64,000 nucleotides of DNA, from contig JASJAZ010000071.1 in NCBI GenBank assembly GCA_030066785.1, forward strand, positions 4,571-68,570, read 5' to 3'. The translations under genes and the position numbers were made by a program. This DNA comes from Desulfobacterales bacterium (GTDB lineage: Bacteria; Desulfobacterota; Desulfobacteria; Desulfobacterales; JASJAZ01). The notes below the pieces were generated by a model. The model was not told the origin of the DNA. It did no database searches and saw only the letters and a program-made list of their open reading frames with translations. Positions within the stretch are counted from its first letter, which is position 1. The number at the start of each line of letters is the position of its first letter. Shown piece by piece: positions 18,800 to 27,863 of this stretch.

Positions 18800-19342
18800 T
18801 TAATCTATTTCCAATCCCATACAGACATTATCGTAAAATTGTCCGGCAAGGCAATATTCGCGGCAAATGCAGCCTTCACGGATAAATCCCAATGTTTCAT
18901 ACAACCGCAGAGCGCGATGATTATCCGATCGTACTTTTAAATTGATTTTGCGAATGACCCCACTGCGCTGGGCCCATTTAATCAGGGCTTCGATCAGTTT
19001 ATGGCCAATGCCCAATCCCCAGTAATCTTTAAGCACGGTAATTCCAAATGTGCCGCTGTGCCGGGTTCTTGGTCGATCTTGTCCTCGGAAATGCAATCCG
19101 CCAACCAATTGATGGTTAATTTCAGCCACAATATATAGATGATTGTCGGCGGCTTGACTCTCGGTAATCAATTTGGCTTGGCTTTCCAAAGAGCGTTTAA
19201 TATCTTTGGGCGCAAATGAAAGAAAATCGGTTTCAGCGCCAACCGTTTTTAAATGCAACAATACATCAGCGGCATCGCTGGCAACGGCCTCACGGATAAT
19301 CAGACGTTGGTCGGTGGGAATGGTAGCAACCAAAGGAAACAT
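18800..19342 (-). CDS. GNAT N-acetyltransferase (RimJ/RimL-like)
   Basis: FGITVLKDYWGLGIG, INLKVRSDNHRALRLYETLGFIREG. Start set at MFPLV. Confidence 0.9.
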   Translation of the reverse strand: MFPLVATIPTDQRLIIREAVASDAADVLLHLKTVGAETDFLSFAPKDIKRSLESQAKLITESQAADNHLYIVAEINHQLVGGLHFRGQDRPRTRHSGTFGITVLKDYWGLGIGHKLIEALIKWAQRSGVIRKINLKVRSDNHRALRLYETLGFIREGCICREYCLAGQFYDNVCMGLEID

Positions 19343-19475
19343 AAAGGGATCCTCGAAAATAAATAAAGGTGACAGGCAATAGGGCCTAATTCTGGTGCGA
19401 GCGCACACGCGCGCACCCCATTAATCCAACGATAGACGCGGTTATATTAAAACCCAACGATAATTGTCAGTACGC

Positions 19476-20168
19476 TTATTTGAGTTTAATTCTTTGTCCG
19501 GGGTATATAGCGGAGCTGGGACTTAGCTCATTTAGACGCAGCAATTCATTTATCGGAACACCATAACGCCGACCGATACTGTATAACGTTTCACCAGGAC
19601 GGACCTGGTGATGACTCGGCAAAGTCTGCTTTTTAGAGGCTTGCGATGCTTTGGTGGTAGCTCTGGCCTGAGATGGACTCTGTTTTCTGGTCGAAGCTTT
19701 TTGGGGCGCCGAAGATTTCTTTTCCAGCGCCGTTAATGATTTTTGGAATTTATCCAGTTCCCGGGCAAAGAAATCCATACGGCGGGTAACCGATGTTTCC
19801 AGTTGGTCAAACTTGTCCAGTGACAGACCAAACGCCTGATTTCTTTTTGAAATGCGATCTACCCGACCATTTAAATCTTCAATTGACGCCAAGCGCTTTT
19901 CAAGCGCCGCAAGTTTGGATTCCAGCATCTCAAATTGCTTGGCTGAATCCGTTTCACCGGAACCCGAGAAAAACAGGGCTAGACCAACAATACTGACAAA
20001 CAGCGCCGCACCCAACAAAATATATGGCATTTCGGCCCGTTTAAACAATGAGCGCTTGGCATTTTTGCCACGGGATGAAAGATCGACACGAAGATCAGGG
20101 TCATTCAAATTATTTTCTTCTTGGACTTCCATGACCTTGCTGGATTCATATGCATCTTTCCATTCCAT
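19476..20168 (-). CDS. Membrane-anchored coiled-coil LysM domain protein
   Basis: TM helix YILLGAALFVSIVGLALFF, coiled coil, S/K/Q linker, LysM HQVRPGETLYSIGRRYGV...IYPGQRI. Confidence 0.9.
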   Translation of the reverse strand: MEWKDAYESSKVMEVQEENNLNDPDLRVDLSSRGKNAKRSLFKRAEMPYILLGAALFVSIVGLALFFSGSGETDSAKQFEMLESKLAALEKRLASIEDLNGRVDRISKRNQAFGLSLDKFDQLETSVTRRMDFFARELDKFQKSLTALEKKSSAPQKASTRKQSPSQARATTKASQASKKQTLPSHHQVRPGETLYSIGRRYGVPINELLRLNELSPSSAIYPGQRIKLK

Positions 20169-20400
20169 TTTGGTAGCCTCTCAATTTGATCGAATCGTTA
20201 ATGTTTGCGTTTGATAAGAAGTATTTTTTAAAATTAAGAATTTTCATTTTGCGGTTTAAATGCGTGCCAACAATTAGGTCTTAATCATATTTGAATTTCA
20301 ATTCAAGCATTTTCAAAGACATCTATTTTAAAATGCAGTTTTGCTTTGTTCGCCTGATAATCTTCAAGCATATTTAATAAAATCAAAAAAAGTACCTTGC

Positions 20401-21342
20401 TTAGTTCTCGACCGCTGTTGGTTGGGCGGCGGTTAATACACTGTTTACAAATCCATCAAAAAGGTGCCAAACCTTTTGTCGGATGGCATCTGCCTCCATA
20501 AATACTTCATGACGGGCGTTGGGGATCTTCTTACAGCGGCATGCCGGTAAACGCTGACATAGCCGCAGCATGGCCGTGTTGGAAACGACCCGATCGTCAC
20601 CGGCTTGAATCATCAATATAGGTGTAGGAATAGCCTCCGCATAACCGAGTTGCGCCAATCGATCAATGGATCGGAAGGACGCCGCCAACCAGCCGAAGGT
20701 CACCCCACCCAATGCCAATTCACGATTAGACCGTATGGCGATGCTATCAATCTGAAAACGCACAGGATCAGACGTATATTTGTTTTTGGCAAATACGCGT
20801 CGATCGGACCGGTAGTCACGGGACAAAGTAGCATAACTACTAACAAAGCCGAATTTTGCGGCCAGACGTGACAGGCGGCGTGCAAACCACTCCATCAGTG
20901 GCGTCAACCGAATATTCACCATCGGTGTGGTCAGAATGGCGGCATGAAACATGTCTGGATGGCGATGCAAATATCGCAGTGCAATGTGTCCGCCCATGGA
21001 ATGACCGATGATTAATGTCGGTAGCACATCTCGTGGCATCACAACTTTTTGGACAAATTGATGCAAATCGTTGAGATAACTGGCGTAATCATCGACGAAG
21101 CCTTTGTGGCGATTGCGCAGCATTCGCCCGGAGAGGCCCTGGCCGCGCCAATCCATGCTGACGACATCAAAGCCCCGGGTATTCAAATCATTAATGGTTT
21201 CAAAGTATTTTTCTAAAAATTCCTTGCGGCCACCCAGCAGAACAACCATGGCTCTGGCAGAGGCCTTGCGGGTTGGCCAGATGCCGTAACGAATTGAAAG
21301 CCCATCATGGGCCGCAAAGTAACTAATTTTTGTAGCTGTCAT
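20401..21342 (-). CDS. Alpha/beta hydrolase, lysophospholipase L2 (PldB)-like
   Basis: DWRGQGLS, GHSMGG nucleophile elbow, AGDDRVV, ARHEVFME. Confidence 0.85.
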   Translation of the reverse strand: MTATKISYFAAHDGLSIRYGIWPTRKASARAMVVLLGGRKEFLEKYFETINDLNTRGFDVVSMDWRGQGLSGRMLRNRHKGFVDDYASYLNDLHQFVQKVVMPRDVLPTLIIGHSMGGHIALRYLHRHPDMFHAAILTTPMVNIRLTPLMEWFARRLSRLAAKFGFVSSYATLSRDYRSDRRVFAKNKYTSDPVRFQIDSIAIRSNRELALGGVTFGWLAASFRSIDRLAQLGYAEAIPTPILMIQAGDDRVVSNTAMLRLCQRLPACRCKKIPNARHEVFMEADAIRQKVWHLFDGFVNSVLTAAQPTAVEN

Positions 21343-21413
21343 GGCAGTATAATGCTCGATCGCAGGTGAGACCGCAGCGCAATTAGATTATGTTCGTGCA
21401 GCCGTTTTCGTCT

Positions 21414-22931
21414 TTAAGCTGGGACCGATTGACGGTTATGTTGATGCCATTCATCCACATATTTTTTTACGGTTCGTCGATCCAAACGCAATCGTCGGGC
21501 AACGGCTTCGTAGGTGCGATACTTGGCATAGAGGGACGCGCAATAGCCTGTAATGAGCTGCTGGGCATCGATGCTGCCGTTTCGCAATCCATCTGCCAAG
21601 TGTTCGACCAAATCTGTTGCAGATTCAGCGACATCGCCGCTGTAGTGCTGATTCAGCAATATGCGCCGGACGCACTGTTCCAACTCACGCACATTGCCCG
21701 GCCACGGATAGTCGATGCCCAGTTCTTTATAAATAACAGCTTTGATCTTCAGAACCATCTTCGGCACAGCTTTGCCAAGCATTCGCGTAATGAATAAGTC
21801 CAATAAATCTTCTAATTCGCGTGGATCCTCCGCAATACGCTGCCGCAATGGTGGCACCGTAATCATATCCGAACAAAGTCGGTAGTAAAAATCGTCGCGC
21901 ATTTGCCCGCTACGGCGCAAATCTTCAATGGAACGATTGGTAGCCGCAATGACGCGACCGTTAAAGCGATGTTTGGCGTGACTGCCAACCGGGCTGAATA
22001 TCCGGTCTTGTAAGACTTGTAATAATTTGATTTGGACCGGTAATGCGACTTCTCCAATTTCATCCAGAAAAATGGCGCCATTGGGATGACAGCGGTCAAA
22101 AACACCCTCATAATCATCAATCGCCCCGGTAAACGCCCCTTTCGTGTGGCCGAATAATTCCGATTCAATCAAATTCTCAGAAAACTGGGATAGATTGAGC
22201 GACACAAACGCGCGGGTAAAACTTTCTTCAAAGCATCCCTGCTTGGCATTATAGGGGATAAATCCGGATCGACCGATGGCCATGGCAGCGGTGCCTTTAC
22301 CGGTGCCGGTCTCACCGAGCAACAGTGTCGAAAAATCTTCCAAGCGGTTCCACAGAAAACGGTTATACAAGTCGATATCATGGGTAAACACATTGTTCCA
22401 CAGTTGGCGGCGCAACTCGCGCATGCAGGGACTGCACCCAATCAGGCTGCGATCAATAAAAAAATAGGCCCGCCGCATCTGAAACACAATCTCAAAATAC
22501 CGGTGAATTTTGGCAGGTGTAAATCCCCTGCGGCTCAAGAAAGCAAACGCATCTTTAGCAAATGGGACGGGCAGTGACGTATCACCCTTTTCGATTTGTT
22601 GCTGAATAAACCGATCAAATCGATCTAAAAATTGGTGGAAAAAATCGAATAAAAAAGCGGTTTCAAGAATGGTTTGATCTGGGTTGTTGTAAAGCGTGAT
22701 GTCGGCCCGCCCTTGGTCTTCAAATTGGGCGATACGGCGGGAAACCTCCGTAATCGCGGCCTGGATGCGTTGGGAGGTCGGCACGCCTGCATATTCACCG
22801 CCGATTTTCAAATCAAGCGCCGCCCGCGTATTACTGAATGGATTGGCAAAAACGGCCTGGTTTACCATCGCAAAGAAATTCCGTTCAGCGCGACTCAAAC
22901 GACTTTTTTTAGCAGCCAATGATCTCTCCAA
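21414..22931 (-). CDS. Sigma54-dependent enhancer-binding activator with an unrecognised N-terminal domain
   Basis: Walker A GETGTGKG, ESELFGHTKGAFTGA, FLDEIGE, AATNR, DFYYRL, WPGNVREL, C-terminal HTH VARRLRLDRRTVK. No REC/GAF/PAS signature seen. Confidence 0.9.
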   Translation of the reverse strand: MERSLAAKKSRLSRAERNFFAMVNQAVFANPFSNTRAALDLKIGGEYAGVPTSQRIQAAITEVSRRIAQFEDQGRADITLYNNPDQTILETAFLFDFFHQFLDRFDRFIQQQIEKGDTSLPVPFAKDAFAFLSRRGFTPAKIHRYFEIVFQMRRAYFFIDRSLIGCSPCMRELRRQLWNNVFTHDIDLYNRFLWNRLEDFSTLLLGETGTGKGTAAMAIGRSGFIPYNAKQGCFEESFTRAFVSLNLSQFSENLIESELFGHTKGAFTGAIDDYEGVFDRCHPNGAIFLDEIGEVALPVQIKLLQVLQDRIFSPVGSHAKHRFNGRVIAATNRSIEDLRRSGQMRDDFYYRLCSDMITVPPLRQRIAEDPRELEDLLDLFITRMLGKAVPKMVLKIKAVIYKELGIDYPWPGNVRELEQCVRRILLNQHYSGDVAESATDLVEHLADGLRNGSIDAQQLITGYCASLYAKYRTYEAVARRLRLDRRTVKKYVDEWHQHNRQSVPA

Positions 22932-23004
22932 TTTAAATATTGGCGTTGTGCAAACTATACTGAATCAATCCAATGATAATTCAATCGCTATCTATTGTGC
23001 ATAT

Positions 23005-23038
23005 AATGTACAGTTAATATACATTTTTTGTATATACA
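23005..23038. promoter_or_regulatory. Candidate enhancer (UAS) palindromes for the adjacent activator
   Basis: Overlapping inverted repeats AATGTA-N9-TACATT (23005-23025), ATACA-T5-TGTAT (23019-23033) and TGTATATACA (23029-23038), ~85-115 bp upstream of a -24/-12 element. Confidence 0.45.
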
Positions 23039-23121
23039 TCTATATAGATTATTGTCAAGACCAATCCTTGAAAATCATTTTTTACATATAATTCAGTATA
23101 TTATAAATAATAAAAACTTAT

Positions 23122-23137
23122 TGGCATGTTTATTGGT
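23122..23137 (+). promoter_or_regulatory. Probable sigma54 -24/-12 promoter of the VIT-vWA gene
   Basis: TGGCATGTTTATTGGT versus consensus TGGCACG-N4-TTGCW: correct spacing, GG instead of GC at -12. Confidence 0.55.
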
Positions 23138-23227
23138 TTATTCATGACCGAATCCCTTGGATTCGATTCGATCTAAGCATCAAAATGGTTTTTGATCAAA
23201 TCTACCGTAAAACGAAAGGAGTCGATC

Positions 23228-25354
23228 ATGAAACGGAAACGCAAATCTGTGAGATTCATTCAAAACCCATTACAAGCCATTGCTATTGCAGCGCTGCTTC
23301 TGGGGTTGGCCCTACTTTCCGGCACGGCTCAAGCCGCCGGTCTGTTGATTGCCGATGGTGGATTCGGTGGTGTTCTCGAAATTAAAGAGCATGCTGTACA
23401 CGTCACGATCAATAACGGTATCGCTGTGACGCGCATTACACAGATTTTTAAGAATACCGAAAATCGGCAGGTTGAGGCGCTCTACACCTTTCCGGTTCCC
23501 AAGGGGGCATCCGTATCCAATTTCAGCATGTGGATTAACGGCAAGGAAATGATCGGTGAAGTTCTTGAAAAAAAACGGGCGCGGGAAATCTACAATAGCT
23601 ATAAGCGTACCCGCCGAGACCCCGGTTTGTTAGAACAAGTGGATTACAAACGGTTTGAGATGCGTATTTTTCCCATTAACGCGGATGCCGAACAAAAGGT
23701 TCAGCTGGTTTACTATCAGGAACTGGATATCGATCATGATCGGGCTACGTATGTGTACCCCTTGGCCACCGTAACGCGTCAGGATGTCGACACGCGGGCC
23801 ACCGGCAAATTCGCCATCAACATGGATATTAGGTCAGCGGTACCGATCACAGAAATGGAAAGTCCCAGCCATCCGGATGGTTTTGTCATCGCCGATCACT
23901 CCAATAATTATAAACAAGCCAGCCTGGAGAATGCGGGTGGCAGCCTGGCAGACGATGTAGTGGTCACCTATGGCCTGTCGCGACCACAAACCGGCATTGA
24001 CCTGATTACTACCCGTGAGCCGGGCGAAGATGGCTATTTTTATTTAACGCTGACCGCCGGTAAGGAACTGGCTACTTTAGAAAACGGCATGGATTATGTG
24101 TTTGTGTTGGATATTTCCGGCAGCATGGCTCACGACGGCAAACTGGCTCTGTCACGTAACTCCGTGGAAGCTTTTGTGGATGCCTTGGGTCCTGAAGACC
24201 GTTTTGAGATCATGACCTTTAATGTAAACCCCAATCCACTTTTCGGAGCGCTGCGGCCGGCAAATTCCGCAATTAAAACCCAAGCCCAATCCTTCATGCA
24301 GAGTCAACGAGCACGCGGCGGTACGGTATTAGCGCCGGCAATGCAAACCGCTTACAAATATGGCGAAACCGACCGTACCCTGAATGTTGTCATTTTAAGC
24401 GACGGTATGACCGAGCAAAAGGAACGACAAACCTTGATGGAACTCATTCAGTCGCGACCGCGCTTTGCCCGCGTATTTTGTATCGGTATTGGCAATGAGG
24501 TGAATCGACCCCTGCTCGAGCAGATGGCTACGGATTCCGGCGGTCTGGCAGCTTTCATTTCCCATGGTGACAACTTTAAGCGGCAGGCCCAGGCGTTTCG
24601 GCGCAAATTAACACGTCCGGTGGCAACCAATCTCAAAATTGATATCGACGGTGTCCGCGTATTTGATGTGGAACCGGCGGTGCTTCCCAACCTTTATCAC
24701 GGATCACCGGTTCGCGTGTATGGACGTTATTCCGGCAGCGGTGACGCCAAGTTAACCTTAAACGCTGATATCCAGGGGCAAGCGTACCAACAATCAGCCG
24801 CCCTGCGGTTTCCACGCAAAGATCCTGGTAATCCCGAAATAGAACGCATGTGGGCTTGGAAACGAGTGGATCGGCTGCTCAAACAGGCCGATCGCAGTGG
24901 GGACCGCACACAGGTTTTGGATCGGGTTATTGCTCTGGGTGAAAAATATTCCATCGTAACGGAATATACGTCATTTCTGGTGTTAGAAAACGACGCCGAA
25001 TACCAGCGATGGAAAATTGAACGGCGCAATGCCCAACGGATAGACCGTGATCGTCAGGCCCAGGCCGATCGCCAGCGTCAATTGGACATCATTCGAAACA
25101 AAGCTGTGTCCGATTTAGGCCCACAGGCTGCGGTGCCACTGCCATCGCGACGAGCGGTTAACAAACCCCCGACCATTAATAAGGTACCGGCCACGCAAAC
25201 CTCACAACCCACCGTCCGTACCCATCCTCAGAGCCGGCCGCAGAGCTCGGATTTTAATCTGGGAAGTGGACCCGTGGGACCTCTTTTTGTCGGGTGGGCT
25301 TATTGGCTAGCACGGCGTAAAAAGAACCGGCAGAATAACCCAAAAACCAATTAG
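23228..25354 (+). CDS. Exported VIT + vWA domain protein with a GlyGly-CTERM-like C-terminal anchor
   Basis: Signal peptide ending AQA; VIT (FKNTENRQVEALYTFPVP...IGEVLEKKRAREIY); intact MIDAS (DISGSM, GGT, ILSDG); P/T/Q/S linker, then GSGPVGPLFVGWAYWLARRKK. AAAGGAG RBS. Confidence 0.9.
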   Translation: MKRKRKSVRFIQNPLQAIAIAALLLGLALLSGTAQAAGLLIADGGFGGVLEIKEHAVHVTINNGIAVTRITQIFKNTENRQVEALYTFPVPKGASVSNFSMWINGKEMIGEVLEKKRAREIYNSYKRTRRDPGLLEQVDYKRFEMRIFPINADAEQKVQLVYYQELDIDHDRATYVYPLATVTRQDVDTRATGKFAINMDIRSAVPITEMESPSHPDGFVIADHSNNYKQASLENAGGSLADDVVVTYGLSRPQTGIDLITTREPGEDGYFYLTLTAGKELATLENGMDYVFVLDISGSMAHDGKLALSRNSVEAFVDALGPEDRFEIMTFNVNPNPLFGALRPANSAIKTQAQSFMQSQRARGGTVLAPAMQTAYKYGETDRTLNVVILSDGMTEQKERQTLMELIQSRPRFARVFCIGIGNEVNRPLLEQMATDSGGLAAFISHGDNFKRQAQAFRRKLTRPVATNLKIDIDGVRVFDVEPAVLPNLYHGSPVRVYGRYSGSGDAKLTLNADIQGQAYQQSAALRFPRKDPGNPEIERMWAWKRVDRLLKQADRSGDRTQVLDRVIALGEKYSIVTEYTSFLVLENDAEYQRWKIERRNAQRIDRDRQAQADRQRQLDIIRNKAVSDLGPQAAVPLPSRRAVNKPPTINKVPATQTSQPTVRTHPQSRPQSSDFNLGSGPVGPLFVGWAYWLARRKKNRQNNPKTN

Positions 25355-25367
25355 ACTATACTGCAAC

Positions 25368-25406
25368 ATTGGTGTGCCGATGCGAATGTTGCTTCGGCAC
25401 ACCAAT
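25368..25406 (+). terminator. Intercistronic 13-bp stem-loop (partial terminator or mRNA stabiliser)
   Basis: ATTGGTGTGCCGA ... TCGGCACACCAAT, with only a short T run after it. Confidence 0.55.
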
Positions 25407-25432
25407 TTACCCATAGAATTGATGAAAGGCCT

Positions 25433-26140
25433 ATGCCCATGGCTGACGAGACAATATCCAATCAGACCATTAATTTGCCAAGGATATATTTAAACTTGAA
25501 AAGCAGGTTGAAACATATTTTTCCGTATCGAGAGACATGGGTGCTTTTAGCCTTGGTGGTGGTGTTAAACCTACACCTAGCAAATTTGAATGTTTTTAAT
25601 CTTCCGATATTGCTCCCGGAAGCTGTTCGGTCTGGTCAATGGTGGCGCTTGGCCACCTACCCTTTTGTTCATTTGTCATGGTACCATTTATTACTGGATG
25701 CCGGTGCTTTCTTTTTGCTGTATGCGAACCTGGAAGAGAGACGACTGGGTCGCAGGGTTAGCTACCTGGTTATTTGCAACTTGACCAGTTTGACCTCCGC
25801 CTGGATGCTGGCACCAATGATTGCCAGCAGCGGTCTTTGTGGATTGTCCGGAATTGCCCACGGCCTGATGGCCATATCCGGGTTGGAAATGATGTGTTCC
25901 CGCCAAATGAAATGGTTCGGTGGTATCTCTTTTGTAGTGATTCTACTAAAAGCTATTTATGAAGCGTTTTCCGGCAAGGTTATGTTTGCATTTATGCACA
26001 TGGGACTGTGTGGTGAACCGATAGCTGTTTGTCATATGGGGGGTGTCTTGGGCGGGGTGATTGGGTTTGTGATGTTTAATATGGTCGATTGCCGAATTCA
26101 CATAATGAGAGCAATTAAACGTAAGATTGATACCGCCTAA
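25433..26140 (+). CDS. Rhombosortase-type rhomboid intramembrane serine protease
   Basis: GQWWRL, HLSWYHLLLD, catalytic GLSG.AHG, LKAIYE, CHMGG; directly downstream of a CTERM-bearing protein. Confidence 0.85.
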   Translation: MPMADETISNQTINLPRIYLNLKSRLKHIFPYRETWVLLALVVVLNLHLANLNVFNLPILLPEAVRSGQWWRLATYPFVHLSWYHLLLDAGAFFLLYANLEERRLGRRVSYLVICNLTSLTSAWMLAPMIASSGLCGLSGIAHGLMAISGLEMMCSRQMKWFGGISFVVILLKAIYEAFSGKVMFAFMHMGLCGEPIAVCHMGGVLGGVIGFVMFNMVDCRIHIMRAIKRKIDTA

Positions 26141-26280
26141 TAAAAGCCGCCGGTTAGATTACTATAGGTAACATTTAGATCATAATCATTAGCATCCACG
26201 CAGGTAAATGAAAAATTGGAACTTTTATGATGCCAACTGTTAATCAGTGTGCCGTGTGAAATCCTTCTGAAGGATGGTAG

Positions 26281-27312
26281 CTATGTCAACTGGTCTTCAC
26301 CCAGCCATCGCAGATTGGTTTTGATGAGATCGGGAATCTCCAGTTCATAAGGACAACGCGCCATGCACTCCCGGCACCCGCTGCAATTTTGAGCCTTGGT
26401 AACGGCTTCTTTAACCCATTCGCGTTTCAAAAAAGATGGTCCAAATCGCTTGGCCATATAGCGGAGGCCTAAAATGGTTTGAATCGGAATGTCTTCGCTG
26501 CATGGTTGACAGTAATCGCAACGCCGACAAAACAGTTTATCATACTGTCGGCAAATCGCCTTGATTTTCCGTTGCTCGGCGGAACTAAGATCATAACAAC
26601 CTTGATAGACAGTCCAGTTGGCATCAAACAGATCGATGCTTTCAATTCCGGGAATCGTAACGACTCCGGTTTGAGCCAGCACAAATTTCAGCGCCAACTC
26701 AGGATTGTCCAACACACCACCGGAAAACGGTTTCATGCCAATAATACCGACGTTGTTTGCCAACGCTTTGGGGATAACTTTTTCACGTGCCGCCGGTTCC
26801 AAAAAACTAAAGCACAACATAATGGTTTCAAATAAATCATCATCTAAAACCTTCAAAAGTAAATCCAAGCTGTGACTGCTGAGGCCGATATGCTGGATAA
26901 GGCCCTCTTCCCTGGCCTGGATTAGTCCCTTTAGAGCACCATTTGGGCCGACGATCTGTTGATAATCATTTTCATCTTTAACAAAATGACATTGATAAAG
27001 CTCGATTTTTTCGCGTTGCAGGTTATCTAAACTGATTTCAATATCTTTGCGAATTCCATCGGCGGTTCGGTTGTGAGATTTGGAGGCAATGGCAACCTTT
27101 GCCCCACTTGCCTGTAATGCCTTGCCGATCCGTTCCTCACTGGTGGTATATCCCCGAGCGGTATCGATAAAATCGACACCTTGTTCAATGGCATGTCTAA
27201 CGGTGGCAATCGCCTCTTTTTCACCAACCCGCTGAATGGGTATACCGCCAAAGCCCATCCGGTGAATCTTTATGGAAGTTTTACCTAAAAATATTCTTGG
27301 CATGACATTCAT
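26281..27312 (-). CDS. Aldo/keto reductase with C-terminal Fe-S dicluster domain
   Basis: MGFGGIPIQR, IDTARGYTTSEERIG, MKPFSGG; CRRCDYCQPC and CSGCRECMARCP. Start approximate. Confidence 0.9.
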   Translation of the reverse strand: MNVMPRIFLGKTSIKIHRMGFGGIPIQRVGEKEAIATVRHAIEQGVDFIDTARGYTTSEERIGKALQASGAKVAIASKSHNRTADGIRKDIEISLDNLQREKIELYQCHFVKDENDYQQIVGPNGALKGLIQAREEGLIQHIGLSSHSLDLLLKVLDDDLFETIMLCFSFLEPAAREKVIPKALANNVGIIGMKPFSGGVLDNPELALKFVLAQTGVVTIPGIESIDLFDANWTVYQGCYDLSSAEQRKIKAICRQYDKLFCRRCDYCQPCSEDIPIQTILGLRYMAKRFGPSFLKREWVKEAVTKAQNCSGCRECMARCPYELEIPDLIKTNLRWLGEDQLT

Positions 27313-27581
27313 ATTCACAGTCGGCCTCCCGATGTTGTTGCGATTCAAACAAATAAATTTATTTCTCTTAACCAAGCCCGCGGTTTGCCCGACAATTGGT
27401 CGAGGCAGATATCATAAAAAGGCGCTAAGGTTCTGTCAATTTGATATCGGACGCATCAACGGGTTGCGAGGCCCGAGGGTATCTATTAATTTTTGTGGGA
27501 GAATTAAATTGCAAAATCCAGAAGAATAGGTTAGCCCATATGCGCCTATCCATTGGTTTTAAAAGAAAAGGAAATAGACCG

Positions 27582-27839
27582 ATGACCAAACATTCACACG
27601 AATTTGTTGAAACCTATGACGGTTTCGTGGGATTTGGCTTCGACCGCGAAACGAACGAAAAAACCCTCATTTATTATCTTCAAAAATTCTCGGATGATAC
27701 TCTTTTAGAAACCATAACTGCGCGGATGTCCGATGACGATTTAAGCGCGGCCTTTGGCCTCATTAACCGGCTCATGAAGGCCTATCTTTCTGATACCGAA
27801 TACCATGCACTTTTTTTAAAAGACGATCATCCACATTAG
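27582..27839 (+). CDS. Small cytoplasmic hypothetical protein
   Basis: 85-aa ORF behind an AAGGA RBS; co-oriented with the aminopeptidase, 24 nt gap. Confidence 0.7.
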   Translation: MTKHSHEFVETYDGFVGFGFDRETNEKTLIYYLQKFSDDTLLETITARMSDDDLSAAFGLINRLMKAYLSDTEYHALFLKDDHPH

Positions 27840-27863
27840 CTGTGCCAGCATAAAGGGGACAAA

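Noticed and set aside
20254..20270. Sigma54 promoter for the LysM gene (minus-strand TGGCACG)
   Set aside because: Good -24 element but no TTGC-like -12 at the required spacing.
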